The notes under the pieces: generated by a model
What the model saw: only the letters and a program-made list of their open reading frames with translations
What the model was told of the DNA's origin: nothing
Database searches by the model: none
NCBI GenBank assembly: GCA_963771885.1
Contig: CAVYVF010000023.1
Span: forward strand, 544,001 to 608,000
Reading direction: 5' to 3'
Origin: Candidatus Bathyarchaeota archaeon
Lineage (GTDB): Archaea > Thermoproteota > Bathyarchaeia > TCS64
DNA: 64,000 bases
Translations under genes and position numbers: made by a program
Shown: one piece after another, positions 18,988 through 28,740 of the stretch
How the letters are laid out: every line of letters begins with the position of its first letter
Position numbering within the stretch: position 1 is the stretch's first letter

Positions 18988-20391
18988 ATGAAGACCGGCG
19001 AAGCCTTGAAGTATGCGTTTACCGGCCTTACTTTTCTCATCTTCGGCTACCTCGCTCTCGGTGGGATCGAGTCGCAGATACTAGGTGTCGTCTTACTCGC
19101 CCTCGTCGTCTGGAGTCTCTACCCAAAGAGGCACCTCGAGTCGAGTATAGTGATAATCTCCCTGATCGCCTTTTTCGAAGCTAGCCTCAACATCCAGGAG
19201 TTCATCAACGGGCTTTTGGGCACCTACGGTGGGAGCGGGCTCTGGATTATCCTCGCGGGCTTTGTCCTCGCGAAGGGTATGGAGGTCAGCGGTCTTGGGA
19301 AGCGTGTCGCTCTGCTTATTGCGACGTCGATGGGATGCAACCCCAGGAACATCGTTCTCGCCGTCGCCGTGGCGAGCATGGCGATAAGTCCTCTCAGCCC
19401 AAGCACGACAGCAAAGGCATTCATCATGCTCCCAATATGCATCGGCCTCATAGAGGCATTCGGCGTCGAGAAGGGGAAGAGCCGTTTCGGCGCTTGCGTG
19501 ATGCTCATGGCGATGGCTGGAAATAACATCTGCAGCACCGCCTTCCTCACGGGCACGATACCAAACCCAATCAGCGCCGACTACCTCTCGGCCATCGGCA
19601 TCAACCTAGACTGGGGCGGCTGGTTCAAGATGGCGTTTCCCGTCACACTGATGCTCCTATTCGCCAGCTATGTCCTCGTAGTCTGGATGTTCAAGCCTGA
19701 AGTATCCGCCTCAAAGGAGACGACTGATAAGGTGTACGCTATTAGGGACAGGCTCGGGCCTCTGTCGTGGAGAGAGAAGGTAGTCGCTGTAACGTTCGGC
19801 CTCTCGCTGGTTCTCTGGATTACGGAGCGGTACCTCCAGTTCAATGCCGGCATCGTGAGCCTCGCTCTGAGCCTTCTCCTATTCCTCCCCTGGACCAAGG
19901 TCATGGAGGTGGGAAAGTTCGGCGGTAGCGTTCCATGGGGAAGTATCATGCTGTTCGCGGCGAGCATGTTCCTCGCTAAGGCGGTGGGACAGTACAGGGC
20001 CCTCGACACCGTCGCCGTGGGGATATTCAACGCCCTAGGGCTCGGACAGCTCCCCACCTACCTCTTCGTGGTGGGGACCGTGCTCATCGCAATGATTCTT
20101 CACGTCATCTTCACGAGCACGACGGTCTACGCTACGGTCATGGTGCCCGTCATCATCGGGTTGACGAGGATCGCCGGCGTGAATCCCACTTTAACGGCGC
20201 TACCGACAGCCCTACTAGCACCCATCGCCGTTATACTCCCCGTCAACACGATACCCAACATCATCTTCCACACAGAGGGCTGGTTCACTGAGAGGCAGAT
20301 TATATCGTACGGGATTGTGCTGAGCCTAGCCTCTGTCGCTATCGTGCTACTCCTCGGCGTACCCTACTGGCAGCTGATCAGCCTCATCTAG
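18988..20391 (+). CDS. DASS/SLC13 family anion:sodium symporter
   Basis: SGLGKRVAL, SPSTTAKA, AFLTGTIPN, VPWGSIML, FTSTT, LPVNTIPNII; many TM helices. Confidence 0.9.
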   Translation: MKTGEALKYAFTGLTFLIFGYLALGGIESQILGVVLLALVVWSLYPKRHLESSIVIISLIAFFEASLNIQEFINGLLGTYGGSGLWIILAGFVLAKGMEVSGLGKRVALLIATSMGCNPRNIVLAVAVASMAISPLSPSTTAKAFIMLPICIGLIEAFGVEKGKSRFGACVMLMAMAGNNICSTAFLTGTIPNPISADYLSAIGINLDWGGWFKMAFPVTLMLLFASYVLVVWMFKPEVSASKETTDKVYAIRDRLGPLSWREKVVAVTFGLSLVLWITERYLQFNAGIVSLALSLLLFLPWTKVMEVGKFGGSVPWGSIMLFAASMFLAKAVGQYRALDTVAVGIFNALGLGQLPTYLFVVGTVLIAMILHVIFTSTTVYATVMVPVIIGLTRIAGVNPTLTALPTALLAPIAVILPVNTIPNIIFHTEGWFTERQIISYGIVLSLASVAIVLLLGVPYWQLISLI

Positions 20392-20917
20392 CCGCGCGCG
20401 CCACGCGCCGAATTTATGCTTCATTGCGTGCGGATAATACTCTTGAGGGTAAGGGCCTCTTCGGTCCTCTCGTGCACGTGCGGATCTTATTCAAGTTGTT
20501 TATGTGTAGTGTGTATTGGGTGATGTGTGGTCGTTGGAGATTGGTTTGAGGGGCGTTTGATTGTTGTTTGAAAGTCGTTGGAAACGTGTTGGAATTTTTT
20601 ATTCAAATGTTCCTCCATATTGCTATGAGAGTGTATATGCGTGTATCCCTGGTGGGGTTTTGTGGGGTCCATGGTGTTGGTGTCCACGCTCTCTCTATGT
20701 CTCGCTCCAATTTCTTGGGTCACTTCAGGTCTCACTTAATTGCGGTAGCGTCTTGTGTCTGAGCGCTGGCGTCGCGCGCGGGTTTCCTCGCGACCTTGCC
20801 GGGGTACAGACGGAGGAGGGCACACGGCAAAGGCAGCCTACAGTTGTCAGAGTCCGGATGCGTGAATACGTAAAAGACTCGCTGGTGGGGCGCGTTGCTG
20901 TGGCTATCATGTCTCTG

Positions 20918-22240
20918 TTATCCGGCTGATGCGCCTTTCCAGCGCCGTCTAGCTTCACCGACGACGAAGACGGATCCTGCAACTAGGACCATGTCCTCAT
21001 CCCTAGCCTTCGCGATGGCGCGGTCGACAGCGTCGGACACCTTCTCCACGGACTCCCAGGGCCTTCCGTAATTTCCTATTTCACCGCCGAGCGCCTCCCT
21101 CTCCGCGGCGCGTCCCATTACGCTGTGGCTCGTGACGACGAACTCGTCTGAGACGCGGGCGAGGTTGGCTATCATTCCGGGTATGTTCTTGTCGCTGCTT
21201 ATGCTGACGACTGTGATGAGCCTGCGGTGCGGGAGCTCCTCAACCGCCTCGGCGAGGGCGCGCGTCGCCTCGGTGTCCTTGGCGGAGTCTAGTACGACGA
21301 GTGGGCTTCTCTGCATGATCTCGAGTCGCCCCGGCCACTCGACGGAGGCGAGCCCCTCCTTGATCGCAGAGCCTGATATGTCGATATCATAGTTGCTTAG
21401 GCACTCGATAGCGCCTACAGCGGTGGCAGCGTTGTAGAGCTGGTAGCCCCCTAGGAGGGGGGTGAAGAGCTTGTAACTCCCCCTGAGGCCGTCGACAGTG
21501 AAGCTCTGCCCGTCGAGATCCTCCTTAAGCCTCTTGAATCGGATGTCCCCGCCTACACGGTGGATTTCTGTGCCGAGCTTGCGGCAAGTCTCCTCGAAGA
21601 ATGCATAGACGGAGTCGTCCCGCGTCGCCGTCACCAGAACGCCGTTTGGCTTGATTATCCCCGCCTTCTCGTAGGCGATCTTTAGTATGGTGTCGCCTAG
21701 GACCTGCATGTGCTCGAGGCTGATGTTTGTGATGATGGAGACGAGTGGCTGGACGACGTTCGTGGCGTCGAGTCTGCCTCCCATTCCGACCTCCAGCACG
21801 GCGAAGTCGACGTTCCTCTCCTCGAAGTATTTGAAGGCGATTGCAGTGACTATGTCGAAGAAGAGGGGGTGAATGCGTTCGGGCTCGGAATCAAGCCTTT
21901 CGACGAGGGGGCGGATGAGCTTGGTGAGTCTGACGACGTCCGATCCATGTATCTCCTCGCCATCGACCATTATGCGCTCGGTGAAGCGCTCGAGGTGTGG
22001 ACTGGTGAAAAGGCCGACACTGTAGCCTGCGGCGCGGAGTATGCTGGCGATCATCGCGGATGTGCTGCCCTTACCGTTAGTGCCAGTGATGTGGATAGCC
22101 TTGAAGCTCTTTTGAGGGTCACCTAAGAGCCCCACTAGTCGGATTATCGGCTCGAGCGTCCTCTCGGGGCCGAACCTCCGCACCTGGAAGAGCCAGTCGA
22201 CGGCCTCCCTGTATCCGCTGGTCGCCAAGGTCGGGTGCAT
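20918..22240 (-). CDS. folC: Folylpolyglutamate synthase/dihydrofolate synthase
   Basis: IHITGTNGKGST, FTSPHL, LEVGMGGRLDATN, EKAGIIK, WPGRLE, GSVFVVGE. Confidence 0.93.
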   Translation of the reverse strand: MHPTLATSGYREAVDWLFQVRRFGPERTLEPIIRLVGLLGDPQKSFKAIHITGTNGKGSTSAMIASILRAAGYSVGLFTSPHLERFTERIMVDGEEIHGSDVVRLTKLIRPLVERLDSEPERIHPLFFDIVTAIAFKYFEERNVDFAVLEVGMGGRLDATNVVQPLVSIITNISLEHMQVLGDTILKIAYEKAGIIKPNGVLVTATRDDSVYAFFEETCRKLGTEIHRVGGDIRFKRLKEDLDGQSFTVDGLRGSYKLFTPLLGGYQLYNAATAVGAIECLSNYDIDISGSAIKEGLASVEWPGRLEIMQRSPLVVLDSAKDTEATRALAEAVEELPHRRLITVVSISSDKNIPGMIANLARVSDEFVVTSHSVMGRAAEREALGGEIGNYGRPWESVEKVSDAVDRAIAKARDEDMVLVAGSVFVVGEARRRWKGASAG

Positions 22241-22285
22241 CTACACCTGCCTCCGATAAAGGGTTATTCACGCATCGCCGGATCG

Positions 22286-23179
22286 CTAGAGGAAGTAACT
22301 GAGTATGATTGAGGTAGTGTAGACGAGCATGGCGAGGTGGAAGAGGGGTAGTACCTTCAATGCTGATGATGGCGTGGGATCCCTCTGCACGGCTATGTTT
22401 GCAGATAAGAGGAGTAGAAGTCCCACGGTGACTCCGATGACTGCGGTAGGGCGGAGGACGGAGGTGAAGAAGAGGGCGGCGATGATGTGGAGGACGGTGA
22501 AGCCGATTACCCAGTATCCCGTTCCCTTGAGCCCATAGAGCGTCGCCGGCGTTTTCATCCTGCGCGTCTCGTCGTTCGTCACATCTATGAGGTCGTTCAT
22601 CCCGAGGTGAGCCTGCGCGTAGGGGTAGAAGAAGAGGAAGTAGAGCACGGGCACGATGTCCAGCTGCCCGTTGACGAGGTAACCAGCGATGGGGAAGAGG
22701 CTGAAGTCGGTGCGCCCGATGAGCTGGGCGAGTGGTAACTTCTGTTTTCTTTTCCTTATCTGGTAGAATACCTCGACGACGTAACTGTAAGCCATTATGG
22801 CGAGAACCCATAAGCTGTGGGGGGAGGGGAGGGTGAGTACGAGCGCGGCCGCGGAGGCGGCGAGGACGACAAACAGGATAAGGGCTCCCCTGAGCGAGAC
22901 TCTCCCCGTCGGAAGCGGACGCCTCCCGAAGACGCGCCAGTACTTTGTCAGTTTATCATGCTCCACGTCCCGGGAGTCGGGGCCCCTGTCGATGATGTCG
23001 TTAAGGATGAAGCCCGCTTCGAACCCGAGGAGGGCAATCGCCGCCGCTTTGGCGACGAGCAGCCAGTCAAAACCACCGTAAGTCTGGAAGCTGAGAAAGA
23101 GCCCGGAGAGGAAGAGGAGTGGCCAGACGAAGAAGAACTGGATGCGCGTGAGGTCGACGTACGCCTTTAGGGTCTGCAT
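22286..23179 (-). CDS. UbiA family prenyltransferase
   Basis: Asp-rich NDIIDRGPD, RPLPTGRV, NDLIDVTND; multi-TM. Confidence 0.85.
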   Translation of the reverse strand: MQTLKAYVDLTRIQFFFVWPLLFLSGLFLSFQTYGGFDWLLVAKAAAIALLGFEAGFILNDIIDRGPDSRDVEHDKLTKYWRVFGRRPLPTGRVSLRGALILFVVLAASAAALVLTLPSPHSLWVLAIMAYSYVVEVFYQIRKRKQKLPLAQLIGRTDFSLFPIAGYLVNGQLDIVPVLYFLFFYPYAQAHLGMNDLIDVTNDETRRMKTPATLYGLKGTGYWVIGFTVLHIIAALFFTSVLRPTAVIGVTVGLLLLLSANIAVQRDPTPSSALKVLPLFHLAMLVYTTSIILSYFL

Positions 23180-23244
23180 CTTTAGCCTCGGTTGGATTCA
23201 ATAGGTGTCTTTAAAATACCTTACCTCCCGGCTCTATTCAACGG

Positions 23245-24126
23245 GTGGTGGCTGCGTTGGGTGGGTATTTCGACCTGCTGAGGGTTGTGAGGGTGCCCAT
23301 ACTCGTCGGCGGGGCTCTCGGATACATTCTCGGCGTCCTCCTCGGCGTAGCCATGGGTGGTGTCGTGGACGCCGGACTCGTCGCCCTCTGCTATATCGTG
23401 GTCGCCCTCGGCGACCTCTCCACCCACTTCAGCAACGACTACTACGACGTCGAATGCGATCGGCTTTCTCTGGGGAAGACGTTCGGGGGGAGCAACGTAC
23501 TCGTGGCGCGTGGCGACCTCGTTCCCTATGCGCTTGTGTCAGCCGAGGTTCTTTCAACTACGTCGGTCGCCTTGTCGTTCGTCGCGGTTCTCTTCGGGGT
23601 GTCAGTCCTCCTCATACCTCTCGCCGTCGGCGCCAACATCCTCGGCTGGTCCTACTCGGCTAGGTTGAGGCTCGCGCATCGTGGGCTGGGTGAGGCGGCG
23701 ATAGCAATTGGTACTGGTTTCGGCGTCCCAGCTGCGGGGTACCTCGCGGTTAAAGGCGCATTGGATACAGGTTTCATGGCGACGTCTGCCGCACTCGTCC
23801 TCCTCGGTTTCGTTCTCAGTCTCTGCCTCGAGCTCCCGGACGGGGAGGCGGACAAGGCTTGCGGAAAGATGAACCTAGTCGCCCGCTTCGGCGCGGTTGC
23901 CTGCACTCGACTTGCATTGTTTCTGTGTTTGGGCTCCACAACCATGCTGCTGCTTTTCGGTAGCACCGCTTTGTGTTCAGCGAGCCTTGTTCCGCTTGCG
24001 ACAGTGGCTCTTGGCAACCTGATTTTGTTTAGAAGGTGTCAGCCGAACCCCATATCGACGGTCTGCATACTCTCCCTCTATGCCTTCCTAATTGTATCCG
24101 TCGTATTGTTGGTTATCCAACTGTAG
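23245..24126 (+). CDS. UbiA/MenA-like prenyltransferase
   Basis: HFSNDYYDVECD, FGGSNVL, YS...L...GLGE, ELPDGEADKACGK. Confidence 0.82.
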   Translation: MVAALGGYFDLLRVVRVPILVGGALGYILGVLLGVAMGGVVDAGLVALCYIVVALGDLSTHFSNDYYDVECDRLSLGKTFGGSNVLVARGDLVPYALVSAEVLSTTSVALSFVAVLFGVSVLLIPLAVGANILGWSYSARLRLAHRGLGEAAIAIGTGFGVPAAGYLAVKGALDTGFMATSAALVLLGFVLSLCLELPDGEADKACGKMNLVARFGAVACTRLALFLCLGSTTMLLLFGSTALCSASLVPLATVALGNLILFRRCQPNPISTVCILSLYAFLIVSVVLLVIQL

Positions 24127-24941
24127 CCCAACTTGCCCCGCCCTATCTTTCCGAGGACACCGGGGATGTGGGGGACGAAGAGTGTGAGCCCTCGCCTATG
24201 CGCGTCCTCGACGAGCATAGTCCTGCTTGCTATCGCTGTCTTCTTGTCCGTCTCGAATGAGGGTATCCATTCGAGATGCTCGACGTGGGCTTGGTGTATA
24301 ATGAGGTCTGATGTGTAGACGAGCGTCTCCCCGCCTGAGGATAACTCAGTGAGGGTTATCCCCGGGGTGTGGCCGGGGGATACCCTGACCGTGACTCCGG
24401 GGCTGGCTTCCGTGACATCTGGGAGTAGCCTCAGCCTATCACCTAAAAACGTGCATAGTATTCGGATGCCCAGCCCTCGGGCTTTCCCCTTGATGTGCTC
24501 CGCCTCACGAGCGCTCATCAGGTACTCCGCTTTGGGGAATGTCGGCTTCCCTCCAGTGACGGCTCCGCCGAAGTGGTCCCAATGACAGTGGGAGATGATG
24601 ACTGCGTTCACGTCACCAACGTCGAAGCCCGCCTCTCCGAGGCTCGCCACGAGCAGCCCAGCGGTCTCGTTGGGGTTTTTCTCGTTCTCTGCTTGGTCCC
24701 CGCAGCCGGTATCAATGAGGGTCGCGTACTCGTCCCTTTCGGCGAGGAGATAGTTGAATTGTATCTCTGTCCTTGGGCTGATTCCACCATAGGACTTGAG
24801 GGCAGCCTCGACCTCAGCCTCGGGAGCGTCGCCGAATATGAATTTCCTCGCCGGGTCCCTCGTCATCGATCCGATGCTTCGCGAGCCGTCATATAGAGTG
24901 TGGCAGGTAAAGTCGCCGAGTCGGAAGCGTTGGTGAGCCAT
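24078..24941 (-). CDS. MBL-fold metallo-hydrolase
   Basis: LIDTGCG, SHCHWDHFGG, PGHTPG, SDL, PHIP; start placed at MAHQRF. Confidence 0.85.
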   Translation of the reverse strand: MAHQRFRLGDFTCHTLYDGSRSIGSMTRDPARKFIFGDAPEAEVEAALKSYGGISPRTEIQFNYLLAERDEYATLIDTGCGDQAENEKNPNETAGLLVASLGEAGFDVGDVNAVIISHCHWDHFGGAVTGGKPTFPKAEYLMSAREAEHIKGKARGLGIRILCTFLGDRLRLLPDVTEASPGVTVRVSPGHTPGITLTELSSGGETLVYTSDLIIHQAHVEHLEWIPSFETDKKTAIASRTMLVEDAHRRGLTLFVPHIPGVLGKIGRGKLGYSWITNNTTDTIRKA

Positions 24942-24997
24942 GGTTATCCCTGACCCATCAAGGGTATGGGGTTTACGACGAAAAAAAGGCGTCGCCG

Positions 24998-26119
24998 TCA
25001 CGCCATTTTCTTGAATCTAGGCTCGAGTTGCTTGAGGACAGTGGGGAGCGTCGTATACTCCATAGCCTCTGGTCCAAGCCTCGCTGGCTCAAACTCGCCC
25101 ATACGACGGAGGAATTGGCTCATCTGTATCGCCTCCTGGCGCGCGCCGTCGAAGGCGACGTCCTCGAAGAAGTCGACCACAAGTGGGTTACCGTCGTCGT
25201 CTGCGGCGAGCTTGCCGTTGCTAATCTGGACGCCGAGGCAGACAATCCTCGGGGGGCCGTCGAATACTGTGCACTTGCTGTCCTTGAGCCCAACCGGCAT
25301 GAATGGTCCCCAGTGGCTTCCTCTCATCCAACCCGCTACTAGATAGGTATGTTGGAAGGGGGCGATGACCTCGCCGACGCTCGGGAAGCCGCTCTGGCCC
25401 CTGACTAGGCAGACTGGGTCGTCCTTGCCCACGTAGCTGCCTGCGATGAGGCTTAGCTTTGTGGTGCTGCTTGTGGATGCGATCTCATTGTCGCTCGTGC
25501 GCCAGACCTTGCTGACCATGTACCTGCTCGTGGCGCCGATGAGGGCGATGAGCTGGTAGAGCTCCTTGGGGCTCTCTAGGACGACGCTCTTGTCCTCGTA
25601 TGCGTCGAAGACCTCGAACTTGAATCCGCCCGTCATCTTGGGGTCGATGACGAGTCCGGCTGTGTTGCTCGGGTCTGCGAAGACGCGGTAGAGGAGGTAG
25701 TTGAAGGCGCTAGGCTCGGTCTTGTCGGCAGCGAAGATGACGAGGGGGTCGCTTCCGCGTTCCTCAAACTCCATCTCGGCGACGCCTGGGCCCATGCCCT
25801 TAACATTTCCACTGAAGGCGTCGTGGAGCAGGTCCTGCCCCGCGCCGTAGAGCTTGAGCTCCTTCGCCTTCTTCGTGCATGCGAGGAACGTGTCCCAAGC
25901 GAGCTTGTGTATCTCCTCGTTGTCAACACCTTTGAAGTGGGTCATAAGCAGCTCTAGGTCGTCTCCTGCGTTGAAGACGAAGTAGCTGTTTATGATGCCC
26001 TGCTTCTGGGCCTCCTTGAGTCTGCTCTTCGCTATTTCGAAGAGGGGCTGGGCCACTACGGAGTGGCCGGCTACGCTTCCTATATCGGCTTTTATGAGTG
26101 ATACCGTGGTCTTGACCAT
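24998..26119 (-). CDS. fbp: Fructose-1,6-bisphosphate aldolase/phosphatase (class V)
   Basis: IKADIGSVAGH, GDDLELLMTH, YGAGQDLL, ADKTEP, YVGKDDP, GWMRGSHWGP, FDGPPR, MEYTTLP. Confidence 0.97.
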   Translation of the reverse strand: MVKTTVSLIKADIGSVAGHSVVAQPLFEIAKSRLKEAQKQGIINSYFVFNAGDDLELLMTHFKGVDNEEIHKLAWDTFLACTKKAKELKLYGAGQDLLHDAFSGNVKGMGPGVAEMEFEERGSDPLVIFAADKTEPSAFNYLLYRVFADPSNTAGLVIDPKMTGGFKFEVFDAYEDKSVVLESPKELYQLIALIGATSRYMVSKVWRTSDNEIASTSSTTKLSLIAGSYVGKDDPVCLVRGQSGFPSVGEVIAPFQHTYLVAGWMRGSHWGPFMPVGLKDSKCTVFDGPPRIVCLGVQISNGKLAADDDGNPLVVDFFEDVAFDGARQEAIQMSQFLRRMGEFEPARLGPEAMEYTTLPTVLKQLEPRFKKMA

Positions 26120-26209
26120 CGGGTTGTGCCTCACATCTTGGGATGTTAGTAGCATATTTAATGATTGGTCTCCGCCTCGTTGCAGGTATATGCGTCACTT
26201 TTTGGGCGA

Positions 26210-26578
26210 CTAATTGTGCTCCTCGGGCTTTATGTCGATGACGGGGGAGCCCTCGAAGGCGTCGAGACCCCTCACACTGAGGCGTTCGCCCTCTATCTTT
26301 ACGAGGTCTACTGTCGTGAGCCCTATTGGGTTTGGGCGGTGCGGGCTGTGCGTTGAGAATACGCCTCGCTCCTCGGTGGCGCCGTGGCGGCGGGGCACGA
26401 CCCTTAGCGTCGCCCTCCTCTCCGGATTGTCTCCCTTGTGCATCCAATAGATTATGTAGAGCCGCTTGTATTCGTCGAGCCCGTCAAGTCCGGGGGCGAA
26501 CTGGGGATAGATGAGGATCGTCGATGTGTCATCCTCGACTTTCTCGACGAAGCCGATGAAGTTGATGACCCCGCTCAA
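26210..26578 (-). CDS. tsaA: TrmO/TsaA-like SAM-binding tRNA methyltransferase domain protein
   Basis: GVFSTHSPHRPNPIGLT, VRGLDAFEGSPVIDIKP. Confidence 0.88.
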   Translation of the reverse strand: MSGVINFIGFVEKVEDDTSTILIYPQFAPGLDGLDEYKRLYIIYWMHKGDNPERRATLRVVPRRHGATEERGVFSTHSPHRPNPIGLTTVDLVKIEGERLSVRGLDAFEGSPVIDIKPEEHN

Positions 26579-26834
26579 ATTGACCAGAATTAGAGACTCT
26601 CGTCGGTTATTTACCGCTTGCTCGTGAGGGATATGATAATTATTTGTCCGTTTTGGGACTTAATGTTGATTCAACGGGGCTTTTTTTCAATCTTCTTTGA
26701 CCAGACGGTAACCTGTTTTCTGGTTGGATGGTCCACTCCTTTTTTTAAGGTGGGGCTGCTCACCGGTGAAGTAATTATGGCCGCAAACGGGGACAGTTTC
26801 ATATCCCCTCGATGGCTTGTTGACTCGATGACTC

Positions 26835-27983
26835 ATGGGTAAGGTCTCCATAGTTAAGAGCGCCAGGGCTCCGAGCGACGTAGAGGTCGCGGGGCTCGTC
26901 AAGAAGGCCGTCGACCTCGTTGGCGGGATAAAGAGCGTCGTGAAGAAGGGCGACGTTGTCGCCTTGAAGCCGAACGTCGTCACGGGTAGGGTGTCGAAGC
27001 CCGGCGTCATCACGGACAAGCGCGTCGTCGAGGCGATGATCAGGATGTGCCAGGGAGCAGGGGCTTCCAAGGTGCTCGTCGTCGAGGGCTCAGGTTACTT
27101 CACGCCCACAGACGTTGCGCTTGAGAAGAGCGGGATAAAGGCGGCGGCCGAGTCTCTCGGTGCCGAGGTTATCGACGTAGACAAGGACAAGCTGGTGGAG
27201 CTGCCTGTTCCCGGCCACCTCATCGTCGACAAGATCCCCATCTCCAAGGCGTTCATGGATGCCGACGTTAGGATAAACATGCCCGTCATGAAGACCCACG
27301 ACCAGCTCCTCGTTACTCTCGGCGTCAAGAACCTCAAGGGGGTCATCCCCAAGCCTTGGAAGAGGAACTTTCACAAGATTGGTGTTGTGAAGGCTATCGT
27401 GGACTTGAACCGCGTCGTGCCCATCGATCTCACAGTGCTCGACGCTATAGCTGCGATGGAAGGGCTTGGCCCCAGCTTCGGGGATATTGTTCCCCTGAAT
27501 ATGATCATGGCGTCGAAAGATGTCTGGAGCCTCGACCTCGCCGCCAGTCGGGTGATGGGTTTCGAGATAGAAGAGCTAGACTACATGAAGGAGGGGCTGA
27601 GGCTCGGCCTATACGACCCTAAGGAACTCGAAGTGGTCGGAGAGCCCATCGAGGCGGTTGCCCGTAAGTTCAAGAGGCCGCCCACAGACCTCGAGTTCGG
27701 CGAGGGTATTACCGTCGTGAGCGACGGCGCGTGTAGCGCCTGTCGCGGCACGATACACAGCGTCCTTTACGACCTTGAGATGGCGAAGAAGATGGGTGAG
27801 ATACGTGACCTCACAATCGTCGTCGGTGCAAACGCGAAGGTGCCCAAGGGGTTGAAGTGCACGCCCCTTGTTATGGGCACGTGCCTCAAGGCGCGGGAGC
27901 AGGAGGGCATTTACGTCGTCGGCTGCCCCCCAAACAACGACGGCATGCTCGCTGCGATAAAAAAGATCTGTAAAATTGAGTAA
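26835..27983 (+). CDS. DUF362 domain protein with Cys-rich C-terminal (Fe-S-like) domain
   Basis: VALKPNVV, INMPVMKTH, TLGVKNLKG, MEGLGP; ACSAC, GTC, GCPP. Confidence 0.85.
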   Translation: MGKVSIVKSARAPSDVEVAGLVKKAVDLVGGIKSVVKKGDVVALKPNVVTGRVSKPGVITDKRVVEAMIRMCQGAGASKVLVVEGSGYFTPTDVALEKSGIKAAAESLGAEVIDVDKDKLVELPVPGHLIVDKIPISKAFMDADVRINMPVMKTHDQLLVTLGVKNLKGVIPKPWKRNFHKIGVVKAIVDLNRVVPIDLTVLDAIAAMEGLGPSFGDIVPLNMIMASKDVWSLDLAASRVMGFEIEELDYMKEGLRLGLYDPKELEVVGEPIEAVARKFKRPPTDLEFGEGITVVSDGACSACRGTIHSVLYDLEMAKKMGEIRDLTIVVGANAKVPKGLKCTPLVMGTCLKAREQEGIYVVGCPPNNDGMLAAIKKICKIE

Positions 27984-27985
27984 GG

Positions 27986-28114
27986 TTACTCGTCGAGGGA
28001 CTCGACTAGCTTGGCGATGTCTAGCCCCTCCTCTTCTTCCTTCGGGTTGATCGCACGCGCTGACGACGACGCTGTTCGCCTAATGGTGCTGTCGCGCGCA
28101 CTCTCTGCCCCCAT
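27986..28114 (-). CDS. Possible small protein (42 aa, MGAESARD...GLDIAKLVESLDE)
   Basis: ATG-to-TAA ORF below the ORF-track cutoff with host-like codons; ends 2 bp from the DUF362 stop. Confidence 0.35.
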   Translation of the reverse strand: MGAESARDSTIRRTASSSARAINPKEEEEGLDIAKLVESLDE

Positions 28115-28183
28115 ACAGAGATTTTTTTCGGCGGGGCATATCCGCGGCTGCTCGGTCTTTTAAGCTTCAACACCCAGTTTCAA

Positions 28184-28687
28184 GTGATGGCGGGGATCAC
28201 CGAGGGGGAGGCCCACCGCCTGCTGGAGGGTTCCAGCAAGAAATTTCATTCTATCCTAGTCGGTCGTCTTATGGAGGTTCTCGCGCCCACATTCGGAGCT
28301 ACCTCCCAGGAATGGAGCCTCGTTGGCTTACTCCACGACCTCGACCACGACGCAACGGAGAACGATCCCGCCCGACACGGGCATAGGACCGCCGAGACGT
28401 TATCTGGCCGGCTTTCAGACGCGAGCCTGCACGCCATCAAGGCGCACGACTACAGGTCAGGTGTCAAGCCCATAACGATCCTCGACCGCGCCTTAATTTT
28501 CGCCGACAACCTTGCCATACTTATCGAGAACCAGAAGCTTAAGACACCCTGCACACCGACGGCGCTTTTCGAGGCGGTGAGGAACGAGTGCCAGAATAAG
28601 CCATGGATAGCGGAGAACGTCCTCGGCTTCGCAGAAAGGGAGGGAATCGCCATCTGGGACGTCGTCAACAGGATAGGCCCCGGATAG
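28184..28687 (+). CDS. HD-domain (HDIG-like) phosphohydrolase
   Basis: HS...GLLHDLD...HG...IKAHD...ADNL. Confidence 0.8.
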   Translation: MMAGITEGEAHRLLEGSSKKFHSILVGRLMEVLAPTFGATSQEWSLVGLLHDLDHDATENDPARHGHRTAETLSGRLSDASLHAIKAHDYRSGVKPITILDRALIFADNLAILIENQKLKTPCTPTALFEAVRNECQNKPWIAENVLGFAEREGIAIWDVVNRIGPG

Positions 28688-28740
28688 GGGCACCCACCAT
28701 GCGGGAAACCTCTCAAATAGACTCGGAACACATTTAACTC

